Shown: positions 9,653-19,266 of the stretch, in pieces
How positions within the stretch are numbered: position 1 is the first letter of the stretch
Layout of the letters: every line of letters begins with the position of its first letter
Assembly: GCA_049601915.1 (NCBI GenBank)
Contig: JBMYRB010000001.1
Span: 330,662 to 394,661, forward strand
Reading direction: 5' to 3'
DNA: 64,000 nt
Source of the DNA: Alphaproteobacteria bacterium
Lineage (GTDB): Bacteria; Pseudomonadota; Alphaproteobacteria; UBA6615
The notes under the pieces: model-generated
Database searches by the model: none
What the model was told of the DNA's origin: nothing
What the model saw: only the letters and a program-made list of their open reading frames with translations
Translations under genes and position numbers: made by a program

Positions 9653-10540
9653 CTAGGCGCTAGCCAACCGGTACACATCCCCATCCGCCTTCACCCGCTC
9701 GGTTTCCAACATGTGGATCAGGTGCGCCAGCACCGACCGCGCGGCAGCCGGGTAGAGCTTCGGGTCCACGTCGACATACATGCGCGGGACCATCTCTTCG
9801 ACGGTTGCGGGGCCGGCGGCAAGTTCGGCCATGATCTGGTCCTCGCGCTCGTGGCGGTGGGCCAGCAATGCCTTCACATAGGGCTTCGGGTCGTCGATGG
9901 GCGCGCCATGGGTCGGGAAGTATCGCGCGGCCTCATGCCGCCCAACCTTCTCAAGTGAGGCCATATAGGCCGCCATGTCGCCGTCCGGCGGTGAGACGAT
10001 CGAGGTGGACCATCCCATGACGTGATCGCCGCACAGCAGCGTCGATTCCTCCCGCAGGGCAAAGCACAGATGGTTCGAGCAGTGGCCGGGGGTGTGCACC
10101 GCCTCGACCGACCAGCCGTTACCAGTGACCACGTCGCCGTCGCCGATCACGTGATCCGGCGAGAAATCATAGTCCGCCCCACCCTCGCTGGCGCCGTCCT
10201 CGGGCCGGGTGCCGTGGGGGCCGTAGGCATAGCTCAGCGCGCCGGTGGCGGCCTGCACGGCCTTCACGGCAGGCGAGTGGTCGTTATGGGTGTGGGTGAC
10301 CAGGATATGGCTCACCGTCTCGCCGCGGATGGCATCCAGCAGCGCGTCCACATGCTCAGCCAGGTCCGGGCCCGGGTCGACGATCGCCACCTGGCCATGG
10401 CCGACGATGTAGGTGCCGGTACCATTAAAGGTGAACGCGCTGGGGTTGTTGGCGATCACCCGGCGGATCAGCGGGGTGAGCGCGTCCACCCGGCCATACT
10501 CGAAGTCGAGCTCGCGGTTGTAGGGAATCTTCGTGGGCAT
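9653..10540 (-). CDS. MBL-fold metallo-hydrolase
   Basis: HxHxDH motif (ILVTHTHNDHSPA) with downstream His/Asp ligands. Confidence 0.85.
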   Translation of the reverse strand: MPTKIPYNRELDFEYGRVDALTPLIRRVIANNPSAFTFNGTGTYIVGHGQVAIVDPGPDLAEHVDALLDAIRGETVSHILVTHTHNDHSPAVKAVQAATGALSYAYGPHGTRPEDGASEGGADYDFSPDHVIGDGDVVTGNGWSVEAVHTPGHCSNHLCFALREESTLLCGDHVMGWSTSIVSPPDGDMAAYMASLEKVGRHEAARYFPTHGAPIDDPKPYVKALLAHRHEREDQIMAELAAGPATVEEMVPRMYVDVDPKLYPAAARSVLAHLIHMLETERVKADGDVYRLASA

Positions 10541-10684
10541 GGTGTTGCCGTCTCCTAACGGGTCCGTCCTTCGAGACGGCCTGTTTCTGTGAAACCGGCC
10601 TCCTCAGGACGTGGACAATGTGTGCCGCCCTCATGCTGAGGAGCAGGCCGCAGGTCTGCGTCTCGAAGCATCGGACAGACCACT

Positions 10685-11875
10685 TCAGCTTTCCTTCCGC
10701 CCGATCGCGCCCGCGGCCTTCAGCGCCACGATGTCGTCGGCTGGCAGGCCCCAGGCGGCGAGCGCCTCCTCGGTGTGTTCACCCGGCACCGACGGCGGCG
10801 AGTGGATCTTCCCCGGGGTGCGCGAGAATCTCGGCGCCGGGCCCGGCTGGGTGATCCCCGCCACCTCGACGAAGTTGCCGCGGGCCACGTTGTGGGGATG
10901 CGTATGCGCCTCAGTCATGGACATCACCGGCGCGAAGCACACATCGGTCCCCTCCATGATCTCGACCCATTCGTCGCGGGTCTTGGTCGCAATCACCTCG
11001 GCGAACCGCGCCTTGAGTTCGGGCCAGCGGTCCCGGTCCATCTGGTCGGGCAGGTCGGCGTCGGCGAGACCCAGCTTGTCGAGCAGGATCGCGTAGAACT
11101 TCTTCTCGATGGAACCGATGGAGACGAACTTGCCGTCTGCGCATTCGAACGCGTCATAGAACGGTGCGCCGCCATCGAGGATGTTCGAGGCGCGCTCGTC
11201 GGTGAAGTAACCCGACGCGTGCAGGCCGATCACCGGAATCATCAGGCTCGCCGCACCGTCGACCATGCCGACGTCCACAACCTGGCCCTCGCCGCTGCTG
11301 CGCGCCTCATAGACCGCCGCCATCACGCCGAACGCCAGATACAGCGCGCCGCCGCCATAATCACCGATCAGGTTGAGCGGCGGGGTCGGCTTATCCTTGC
11401 CGCCGATCGCGTGCAGCGCGCCCGACAGGGAGATGTAGTTGATGTCGTGGCCCGCCGCCTTGGCTAGCGTGCCCGTACCGCCGAACCCGGTCATGCGCGC
11501 GTAGACCAGTTTCGGGTTGCGGGCCATGCAGTCGACCGGGCCGAGGCCGAGCTTCTCGGTCACGCCGGGGCGATAGGGTTCGATCAGCACGTCCGCGTTC
11601 TCGACCAGCCGCAGCACCGTCTCGACGCCGTCCGGGTTCTTCAAATCGACGGCCACGGAAGGACGAGAACGGGTCGCCAGATCGAACTCCGCACCCCGCG
11701 GCACGCCGAGGCCCGCATCGGCCGGCCGGTCGATCTTGATGACGTCGGCGCCCAGATCGGCCAGCAGCATGGCCGCGAAGGGCCCGGGGCCGATACCCGC
11801 CAGTTCCACCACCTTGAGGCCTACCAAAGGGCCTGATCGTGTTCGCGTATCGCATTGGTCGGTTGCGTTCGACAT
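10685..11875 (-). CDS. CaiB/BaiF family CoA transferase (family III)
   Basis: ATG at 11875 is preceded by GGAGAAGAGG. Family III CoA-transferase motifs appear: LVGLKVVELAGIGPGPFAAMLLADLGADVIKID. Confidence 0.85.
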   Translation of the reverse strand: MSNATDQCDTRTRSGPLVGLKVVELAGIGPGPFAAMLLADLGADVIKIDRPADAGLGVPRGAEFDLATRSRPSVAVDLKNPDGVETVLRLVENADVLIEPYRPGVTEKLGLGPVDCMARNPKLVYARMTGFGGTGTLAKAAGHDINYISLSGALHAIGGKDKPTPPLNLIGDYGGGALYLAFGVMAAVYEARSSGEGQVVDVGMVDGAASLMIPVIGLHASGYFTDERASNILDGGAPFYDAFECADGKFVSIGSIEKKFYAILLDKLGLADADLPDQMDRDRWPELKARFAEVIATKTRDEWVEIMEGTDVCFAPVMSMTEAHTHPHNVARGNFVEVAGITQPGPAPRFSRTPGKIHSPPSVPGEHTEEALAAWGLPADDIVALKAAGAIGRKES

Positions 11876-11930
11876 GGTTCCTCTTCTCCCCCGTTTTGCC
11901 GTACCCTGCGGGGTAAGACAGCCGAGTGCA

Positions 11931-13244
11931 ATGGTCAACTCGGGCCTTCAATACACCCCAATCGAGCCACAGCGTTTCATGACCGATCAACCCGCCCCAA
12001 GGTCCTTCGCGGCGCTGCGCCACCCCGGCGCGCGGGCCTATCTGATCAGCACGGCGCTGGCGATGAACGCCGACGCGGTCGAGCATGTAATCAGCTACCT
12101 GATCATCTGGGAGAAATTCCAGTCGCCGACCCTGGGCGGCTTCGCGGTCGTCGCCCACTGGCTACCCTTCCTGTTTTTCTCGATCCATGCCGGGGCGCTC
12201 GCCGACCGGTTCGACCCGCGACGGGTGATCCAGGCGGCCATGCTCCTGTTCATGGCCGTCTCGGCGGCCTGGGGTCTGCTGTTCATGACCGACAGCCTCG
12301 AGATGTGGCACGCGGTTATCCTGCTGATCGTGCACGGGCTGGCGGGCGCGCTCTGGGCGCCGGCCTCCCAGCTCTTGATTCATGACATCGTCGGGCGCGA
12401 GCAGCTCCAGTCCGGCGTGCGCCTGCTGGCCACATCGCGTACCCTTGGTATCGTCCTCGGCCCCGCCGTCGGCGGCGGGCTGCTGCTCCTCGTCGGGCCG
12501 GTCTGGGGTATCTTCATCAACATCCTGATCTATGTGCCCCTGACCTGGTGGCTGATCGGGGCACCCTACGGGCCGGCGTTCCGCACGGGCGCGGAGGCCG
12601 CCGCGGCGACCGGCCGGCGTGCCATCAAGGGTTTCTCGGATATCGTTTCGACGATCCGCACGGTCTCGACCGACAGGGTGATCATGCCCATGACCATGGT
12701 GGTCGGCGTCGCCGCACTGATGGTCGGCAATGCCCATCACCCGCAAATGCCGGAGTTCGCGCTGGACCTGGGCAGCAGTGGCGACGGGTTCCTGTATTCC
12801 GCCCTACTGGCGGCGAACGCCGCCGGGGCGCTGGCCGCCGGGCTGATCCTCGAGACCCGCTCTCTGTTGCCCGCGCGGCGCAACACGGTGTTCATCCTGG
12901 TCATCCTCTGGTGCTTCGCCATGGGCGGCTTCGCCATCACATCCGACATCCGGGTGGCGATGGTGCTGCTGTTCGTCGCCGGCTTCCTCGATCTGTCCTA
13001 CAATTCCATGGCCCAGACCCTGGTCCAACTCCACGCCGCGCCCGAAATTCGCGGGCGGGTGGTGGGCCTCTATGTGATGGCGGCCTTCGGCCTGCGCGCC
13101 ATCTCCGGCGTCACGGTGGGCATGGCCGGCAGCCTGGTCGGCATCCACATGTCGCTTGCCATCAGCGCCGGCATCGTCTTCGTGGTGGTGATGGGCCTCG
13201 TCACACGCACCTATGTGACGGAGCCGCGTGGCAGCGCCACATGA
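11931..13244 (+). CDS. MFS transporter
   Basis: Twelve predicted TM segments. The gene is divergent from caiB. The start is uncertain: ATG 11931 or ATG 11979. Confidence 0.75.
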   Translation: MVNSGLQYTPIEPQRFMTDQPAPRSFAALRHPGARAYLISTALAMNADAVEHVISYLIIWEKFQSPTLGGFAVVAHWLPFLFFSIHAGALADRFDPRRVIQAAMLLFMAVSAAWGLLFMTDSLEMWHAVILLIVHGLAGALWAPASQLLIHDIVGREQLQSGVRLLATSRTLGIVLGPAVGGGLLLLVGPVWGIFINILIYVPLTWWLIGAPYGPAFRTGAEAAAATGRRAIKGFSDIVSTIRTVSTDRVIMPMTMVVGVAALMVGNAHHPQMPEFALDLGSSGDGFLYSALLAANAAGALAAGLILETRSLLPARRNTVFILVILWCFAMGGFAITSDIRVAMVLLFVAGFLDLSYNSMAQTLVQLHAAPEIRGRVVGLYVMAAFGLRAISGVTVGMAGSLVGIHMSLAISAGIVFVVVMGLVTRTYVTEPRGSAT

Positions 13245-14431
13245 CGACGGATAGCCCTCCCGCCCCGATCGCCCTGCTGGTCGCGCTGATGGTCGCCAGC
13301 CAGGTGGCCATCACGATCTTCCTGCCGTCGCTGCCGGCCATCGCGGAAGACCTCGAGACCAGCCAGGCGCTCGCACAGATGACCGTGTCGGTCTATCTCG
13401 GCGCCTTCGCGCTCGCCCAACTGGTGGTCGGCCCGCTGTCGGACGCGGTCGGGCGGCGCCGGCCGCTGATCACGGGCCTGGTCCTGTTTACCCTCGGCGG
13501 TCTTGCCTGTGCGCTGGCGCCGAACATCACCTTCCTGATCGCTGGCCGGGTGATCCAGGCCATCGGCGGCTGCACCTGCATCGTCATCTCCCGCGCCATC
13601 GTGCGCGACACCACCGACGGGCCCGCCGCCACACGGGCCATGGCCTATCTCGGCATGTCCCTCGCGGTCGCCCCCATGGTCGCGCCGCTGATCGGCGGGC
13701 AGCTCGAGGTACATTTCGGCTGGCAGTCGAACTTCCTGGCCACAGCACTGCTCGGGGCCGGCGCGCTCGTCGCAACGCTGATTACATTGCGCGAAACATT
13801 GCCGCCGGAGGCCCGCAAGTTCACCCGCGCCGGTGCTCTCGCGCGGACCTATCTGCGCCTGTCGCGCATGACCCGCTTCATGGGCTACAACCTGAGCACC
13901 GGCGCGATGGGCGCCACCTTCCAGGCCTTTATCGCCGGGACCCCCATCGCCTTCATCGTGGTCATGGGCGTCACCCCCGAGGCCTTCGGTTTCTTCATCC
14001 TGTCGACGCCGGCCGGCTACATCATCGGCAACTATATCGCCAGCCGGCTGGCGCAGCGGGTCTCGCGGGCCCGGATGATCTCGATCGGCGGCCTCCTGGC
14101 GATTGCCGGAACGGGCGCGACGGTGGTGCTGGCGCTCATGGGTCTCGACACGCCCTACACGCTGATCGTGCCGATGTTCATCTACTCCTGGGGCTCGGGC
14201 TTCCTGGTGCCCAATGGCCTGGCGGGCGCACTCACGGCGGTCGAGCCCGCGGCCGCCGGTTCCGCCGCAGCACTGGGCGGCTTCATCCAGATGAGCGCGG
14301 GTTTCCTGAGCACCCTGGCGGTAGCCAGCCTCGTCCAGACATCATTCCTGCAGCTCGGCCTGCTGATGCTCGGCTGCACGATCCTGTCCTGGCTTTTCTT
14401 TGTGGTGATGGTCCGGCGGGACGCCGCCTAA
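13241..14431 (+). CDS. Bcr/CflA family MFS drug-resistance transporter
   Basis: ATG at 13241 overlaps the upstream stop (ATGA). MTTDSPPAPIALLVALMVASQVAITIFLPSLPAIAEDL is typical of the Bcr/CflA N-terminus. The longer ORF from 12548 is a spurious extension. Confidence 0.8.
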   Translation: MTTDSPPAPIALLVALMVASQVAITIFLPSLPAIAEDLETSQALAQMTVSVYLGAFALAQLVVGPLSDAVGRRRPLITGLVLFTLGGLACALAPNITFLIAGRVIQAIGGCTCIVISRAIVRDTTDGPAATRAMAYLGMSLAVAPMVAPLIGGQLEVHFGWQSNFLATALLGAGALVATLITLRETLPPEARKFTRAGALARTYLRLSRMTRFMGYNLSTGAMGATFQAFIAGTPIAFIVVMGVTPEAFGFFILSTPAGYIIGNYIASRLAQRVSRARMISIGGLLAIAGTGATVVLALMGLDTPYTLIVPMFIYSWGSGFLVPNGLAGALTAVEPAAAGSAAALGGFIQMSAGFLSTLAVASLVQTSFLQLGLLMLGCTILSWLFFVVMVRRDAA

Positions 14432-14871
14432 CCCTCGCTGATGTCGTCGTCGGGAATCTCCGCGCCGACCGCAGCAAGCGCGGCCTTGGCCACCACGAGG
14501 TCCTCTTCGCCGGTGCCCGAGCCGCAGCCGATCCCGCCGACGCAGTAACCGTCGATGATGATCGGCACCCCACCTTTGAGCGGCAGCACCTTGCCTTGCG
14601 TCGAGACCGACAGGCCCATTCCGATATTGTAGTCGATGGCGTGGGTCGGCATCCGGTGGCTCGCCGCCGTCATCGCCTTGGCGCTGGCGGAGTCCTGCGC
14701 CAGCACCCGTGCACCGTCCATCAGCAGGTAGCCAACAATTCGCGCACCGTCATTGGCCACCGCGATACCCATGGGCACACCCATTTCATCCGCCTTTGCG
14801 ACAGCGGCATCAATAAGTGCACGGATGCCATCATGGGTAAGCTTGCGGGACGGGATCGTGTGGTCGGTCAT
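14428..14871 (-). CDS. GlcG/heme-binding (DUF336) family protein
   Basis: LTHDGIRALIDAAVAKADEMGVPMGIAVANDGARIVGYLLMDGA matches the GlcG family. Confidence 0.7.
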   Translation of the reverse strand: MTDHTIPSRKLTHDGIRALIDAAVAKADEMGVPMGIAVANDGARIVGYLLMDGARVLAQDSASAKAMTAASHRMPTHAIDYNIGMGLSVSTQGKVLPLKGGVPIIIDGYCVGGIGCGSGTGEEDLVVAKAALAAVGAEIPDDDISEG

Positions 14872-14963
14872 GTTGGGCTCCGGGTGTGAGAGTTCCCGGC
14901 AATGTTATCGCGGGCGGCCCCGTCTCTGCTATGATGCTGGTGAATACAACAAGGAATAAAACC

Positions 14964-15587
14964 ATGTCCGATCCTGTCGTTTTAGAGGTCTTTGCCGACT
15001 ACGTTTGACCCTGGTGCTACCTCAGCACCGTGCGTGTTGAAAAACTCCGCCAAACCTACGACGTCGACATCCAGACCGTTCACTTCCCGCTACACCCCGA
15101 CACGCCGCTTGACGGCCAGTCGCTGGAACAACTCTTCGCCGGTCGCGATGTCGATCTCGATGCCATGTATGAGGGCATGAAGGCGCGGATGGACGAGGAA
15201 GGCCTGCCCTACGGCAAGCGCACCCACACCTACAACAGCCGGCTGGCCCAGGAACTCGGCAAGTGGTCCGACACCCAGCCGGGCGGCGATGCGATCCACA
15301 TGAAGCTCTACGAGGCCTATTTCGTCGACGCCAAGAATATCGGCTATGTCGACCTGCTGGTGGAGATCGCGGAGGGGGTCGGGCTCGATGGTGCGGCCGC
15401 GCGCGAGGTGCTGGAGAAACGCACCTTCGAGGCGGCCATCGACGCCGACTGGGAGAAATCCCGCCTGTATGGCGTCACCGGCGTGCCGACCTACGTGGCC
15501 GACGCCAAGGGCGTCGTCGGCGCCCAGCCCTATGAGGTGCTGGAGCAGCTGATGGACGCAGCGGGGGCGCAGAAGAAGGGCGGCTGA
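14964..15587 (+). CDS. DsbA/FrnE-like thioredoxin-fold oxidoreductase with an in-frame TGA at the first Cys of CPWC (candidate selenoprotein, or pseudogene)
   Basis: ATG at 14964 follows AAGGAAT. The reading frame MSDPVVLEVFADYV-TGA-PWCYLSTVRVEKLRQ... stays continuous through the TGA at 15006..15008. The rest of the protein is FrnE/DsbA-like. The stop-bounded ORF 15030..15587 would lack the active site. Confidence 0.5.
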
Positions 15588-15606
15588 GCCGCCCGGTTTC
15601 CGTTCC

Positions 15607-16260
15607 CTACTTAATGTCCTCGGGGAAGTCCGGCTGGGCCTGGGGACGGGCGTCGAAGAAGGCCGGGTTCTCCATGCAGGTCTTGAAGATACGCACGCAG
15701 TTCGGATAGTCGTCGAGCGGGATCTTGAACAGGGTCGCCGCGCCGACCTGGGGCACCAGGCACAGGTCGGCCAAGGTCACCTGGTCGCCTTCGCAATAGG
15801 TGCCCGACGTGCCGTCCTCGACCAGATGCTTCTCGATCGCGGCGAGGCCGAGCTTCGTCCAGTTGCCGATCCACGCGCCGAGTTCTTCCTCGCTATGGCC
15901 CCAATCCTGGGTGATGTATTTGCGGATCCGCGGCACCACCAGCGGGTGCATGTCCGCCACCAGGATCATGCAGAGCGACCGCACCCGCGCACGCGCCATG
16001 GCGTCGGTCGGCATCAGGGCCGGCTCGGGATAGGTCTCGTCGAGATATTCAAGGATCGCCATCGACTGGGTCAGCGTGTCCCCGTCATCGGTCACCAGCG
16101 CCGGGACCACGCCCTGGGGATTGATCTTGAGATATTCCGGGTCGAACTGCTCGCCCTTGATCAGGTCGGTCGAGACGACCTCGAAGGGCTGGCCCTTGAG
16201 GTTGAGCGCGATGCGGACGCGAAACGCGGCGAGCGAGCGCCAGTAGCCGAATAATTTCAT
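15607..16260 (-). CDS. maiA: Maleylacetoacetate isomerase / zeta-class glutathione S-transferase
   Basis: MKLFGYWRSLAAFRVRIALNLKG is typical of GSTZ/MaiA. Confidence 0.75.
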   Translation of the reverse strand: MKLFGYWRSLAAFRVRIALNLKGQPFEVVSTDLIKGEQFDPEYLKINPQGVVPALVTDDGDTLTQSMAILEYLDETYPEPALMPTDAMARARVRSLCMILVADMHPLVVPRIRKYITQDWGHSEEELGAWIGNWTKLGLAAIEKHLVEDGTSGTYCEGDQVTLADLCLVPQVGAATLFKIPLDDYPNCVRIFKTCMENPAFFDARPQAQPDFPEDIK

Positions 16261-16338
16261 GACATCTCCCCGGGGGACGTTGATTGCTGGTTGGCCGCAG
16301 TGGGCCTGTACAAAGGTCGGCCTGTCAAGCGGTGACCG

Positions 16339-18036
16339 TCAGGCCGTAACCGCAAGGCCACGCCGGTTTCGGAACAGCCAGGCCGGGGCCGCCGCCGCCA
16401 ACCCGAAGGCGATGAGCGGCAGGATCATCTGCAGCAGCGCGTAGGCGCCGATAGCGCGCCTGTCCGCGCCCGACGCCAGGGACACCGCCTCCGTGGTTAG
16501 CGTGTCGAGCCGACCGGCGCCGGCGAAGAGCGTCGGCAGGTACTGGCCCATGGACACGGTGAACCCGACGGCGGTCGCCACGAGAATGGGCCGCAGCAAC
16601 ATCGGCAGCTTGACCCGGCAGAACACGCGCAGCGGCGACGCGCCGAGACACAAGGCCGCCCGCGCATAGCGCACGTCCCAGGTCCGGTAGGGATCGGCGA
16701 GGGACAGAAAAACATACGGCAGGACGAACACCAGATGGGCCCAGGCGACCGCGATCCAGGCGCCGTCGAGATCACTCATCACCAGTAAGATCTGCGTGCC
16801 GAACAGAAACGCGATCTGGGGCACCAGCAATGGTACATACAGAAGCCATAGCGCCCGGTTCGTGGCCCGTTTGCCGAACCGTGCTTCATTCTCCAGACAA
16901 CCCACCGTTAGCACCAGTCCCACCAGCGCCGCGGCGATCCCGATGGTTGCGGTGTTCAAAGTCGCATTCGCCAACCGGTCGGCGTTGGCCGTCCAGGCAT
17001 TGAGGGAAAGCGTCGACGGCAGCGGGTCGGGGAACCGCCAGCGCCCGGCGATCGACCACAACGCCATGCTCGCCAGCCCGAGGAATGCGGCCATGAAACT
17101 CGCCGTCAGCGCCGTCGCCGCCGCGATACGCAGTGGGAAATCGCGACGTCCGCGGCTGCCGGCACGGATCCAGACGCGGCCGAGACAGGCCACAACGCGC
17201 TCGCCGAACCACCAGACAAGAATCGCCGCGACCACCAGGCCGAGCTGCACCAGCGCGCCGGCAGACGCCACGAAGCGCAAGGCCAGATCGGGATCGTTGA
17301 ACCAGCGCACCAGCTGCACGGCCAGCGGCGGCGGGGTCGAGGGGGCGAGCACCACCGAGACATCCACCACCGAGGAGGCAAACGCCAGGACGGCGAAGAC
17401 CGGCAGGCGAATTTGCCGGTAGACCAGCGGGAACACCGCCTTCAGCCAGGCCGCCGTGGTGCCGTATCCAAGGGTGCGCGCCATGGTGCGCACCCGTGCT
17501 GCATCCACTTGCCCGATTGCCGCCAGAGTCATCAGGAACAGGAACGGGATTTCCTTGACCACCAGCCCCGCGATCAGTGCCAGCCCGTCCGGGTCCTGCA
17601 CGATGATCAGGTCCGGCGGCCGGTCATAGCCGGTCAGCCAGGGCGAGGTCAGGCGGAAAATCCATCCCGACGGGGCCAGCAGGAAAGCGAGGCCGAATGC
17701 GACGGTCACATGGGGTACGGACAAGAGCGGCGAGAGCAGCTTCTGGACCCGCGCGAAGGAGCGGGTGCCGTGCCAGCCAGCGACGAACAGGATGACCACG
17801 GCAAACGATACGACCGTCACGGCCAGCCCGGTCACGAAGGACAACCGGATCGATTCCGCCACCCCGGGTGCGGCAAACAGGGCCCGCCACGGCTCCAGGC
17901 TGGACGTCGCGCGGCCCAGGGCCGGCAGATAACCGAAAGCGGGAAACAGCGTCCCGAGCAACCCGGCGACGACCGGCCCGAGCAGCAGCAGCAGGGTCAC
18001 CACGGGCACCCAGCGCAAGGGCGAGGACACCCCCAT
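16339..18036 (-). CDS. ABC transporter permease, fused two-domain type (ThiP/FbpB-like)
   Basis: About 565 aa with two BPD-transporter membrane domains. Start set at 18036 (GGGAAG RBS), 5 nt downstream of the SBP stop. Confidence 0.8.
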   Translation of the reverse strand: MGVSSPLRWVPVVTLLLLLGPVVAGLLGTLFPAFGYLPALGRATSSLEPWRALFAAPGVAESIRLSFVTGLAVTVVSFAVVILFVAGWHGTRSFARVQKLLSPLLSVPHVTVAFGLAFLLAPSGWIFRLTSPWLTGYDRPPDLIIVQDPDGLALIAGLVVKEIPFLFLMTLAAIGQVDAARVRTMARTLGYGTTAAWLKAVFPLVYRQIRLPVFAVLAFASSVVDVSVVLAPSTPPPLAVQLVRWFNDPDLALRFVASAGALVQLGLVVAAILVWWFGERVVACLGRVWIRAGSRGRRDFPLRIAAATALTASFMAAFLGLASMALWSIAGRWRFPDPLPSTLSLNAWTANADRLANATLNTATIGIAAALVGLVLTVGCLENEARFGKRATNRALWLLYVPLLVPQIAFLFGTQILLVMSDLDGAWIAVAWAHLVFVLPYVFLSLADPYRTWDVRYARAALCLGASPLRVFCRVKLPMLLRPILVATAVGFTVSMGQYLPTLFAGAGRLDTLTTEAVSLASGADRRAIGAYALLQMILPLIAFGLAAAAPAWLFRNRRGLAVTA

Positions 18037-18041
18037 CGCGG

Positions 18042-19244
18042 CTACTTCCCGCTGGCGTAGCGCTTCGCCCACTCGGCCTCGAGCGCGGCGACCCAGGACG
18101 GGTGCGGCTCCAGCTGGGTGATGCCGAGCTCGCCGGGCGACAGGGTCGCGACGCCGAGATCGAGGCTCTGGAACGCCGCCTTGGAGTCCTCCGGCAGCCG
18201 GTTCACATCGAGCACCGTGAAGCTGCCCCAGACTTCCGGGTTCTGTTTATGGGCCTGGGCTTCGGGCGACATCAGGAAGTTGGCCATTACCATCGCCCCT
18301 TCCCGGGCGTTGGCGTTGAAGGGAATGGCGACGAAATTGGTGTTGCCGATGGTCCCGTTGTTGAGCACGAAGGTGCGCACCGTGTCGGGCAGTTTGCCCT
18401 GGGCGATCAGGCCCGACGCCTCGGCCGGCTCGAATGACAGCGCGATCGAGATTTCGCCATCGTCGAGGAGGCGCATCAGGGCCGGGCCGTTCTGCGGGTA
18501 GACCTCGCCGCGCCGCCACATCAGCGGATGCAGCGCATCGAGATAGGCCCACAGCGGCGCCGTGTTCTCGGCAACGTCCGCAGCCGGCGCCTGGAGCGCA
18601 GACGGACTGACGACGAGCTCGATAAGCGCCTGCTTCAGGAAGGTGGTGCCGAGAAAGTTCGGCGGCTGGGGATAGGTGAAACGACCAGGGTTGTTTTTCG
18701 CCCATTCCAGCAGCCCCAGGATGGAGTCCGGCGGCGTTTCGACATGTGCAGTGTCATGCATGAACACGAACTGGGCCATGCCCCAGGGTGCCTCAAGATT
18801 GTCCACCGGCACCGTGAAGTCCACGGTCGTGGTCTTCTTGTTCACCGTGTCGACGAAGCGGTAATTCGGCGCACGTTCCGTCCACGGGCCGAACAGCAGA
18901 TCGTTCCGCTTCATCGCCGCAAAATTCTCGCCGTTGATCCAGATGAGATCGACCGAACCGCCGTCCAGTCGGCCCGCGGCCTTTTCCGCCACGACCCGGG
19001 CCACCGCTTCAGCCGTATCGGCTAGCTTCACATGCTGCACCGTCACGCCGCAGCGGGCCTGCACCTGGTCGCCCGCCCAGGCGATGTAGGCGTTGATGCG
19101 TTCATCACCGCCCCAGGCATTCCAGAAGACAAGCTGTCCGCGCGCCTTGTCGACCACCTCATCCCAGCTCTGGGCCAACGCCGGGCTTGTGGCGAACGGC
19201 GCAAGCGCCAGGAAACCGGCCAATGCCGCTGTCAGGATACGCAT
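18042..19244 (-). CDS. ABC transporter periplasmic substrate-binding protein (ThiB/FbpA-like class)
   Basis: ATG at 19244 follows AAAGAGGA. Signal peptide MRILTAALAGFLALAPFATSPALA. The mature protein starts QLVFWNAWGG. Confidence 0.8.
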   Translation of the reverse strand: MRILTAALAGFLALAPFATSPALAQSWDEVVDKARGQLVFWNAWGGDERINAYIAWAGDQVQARCGVTVQHVKLADTAEAVARVVAEKAAGRLDGGSVDLIWINGENFAAMKRNDLLFGPWTERAPNYRFVDTVNKKTTTVDFTVPVDNLEAPWGMAQFVFMHDTAHVETPPDSILGLLEWAKNNPGRFTYPQPPNFLGTTFLKQALIELVVSPSALQAPAADVAENTAPLWAYLDALHPLMWRRGEVYPQNGPALMRLLDDGEISIALSFEPAEASGLIAQGKLPDTVRTFVLNNGTIGNTNFVAIPFNANAREGAMVMANFLMSPEAQAHKQNPEVWGSFTVLDVNRLPEDSKAAFQSLDLGVATLSPGELGITQLEPHPSWVAALEAEWAKRYASGK

Positions 19245-19266
19245 CTGTGGTCCTCTTTCATGTTGG

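Noticed and set aside
12548-13240. N-terminal 230-aa extension of the Bcr/CflA ORF
   Set aside because: It overlaps the upstream MFS gene in another frame. The conserved Bcr N-terminus starts at ATG 13241.
15006-15008. Treating the DsbA-like TGA simply as a stop and calling only ORF 15030..15587
   Set aside because: That ORF would start inside the thioredoxin fold, after the CPWC motif. The upstream 14 codons are in frame, have an RBS and reconstruct the conserved N-terminus, so the continuous frame is the biologically meaningful unit, whether Sec or pseudogene.
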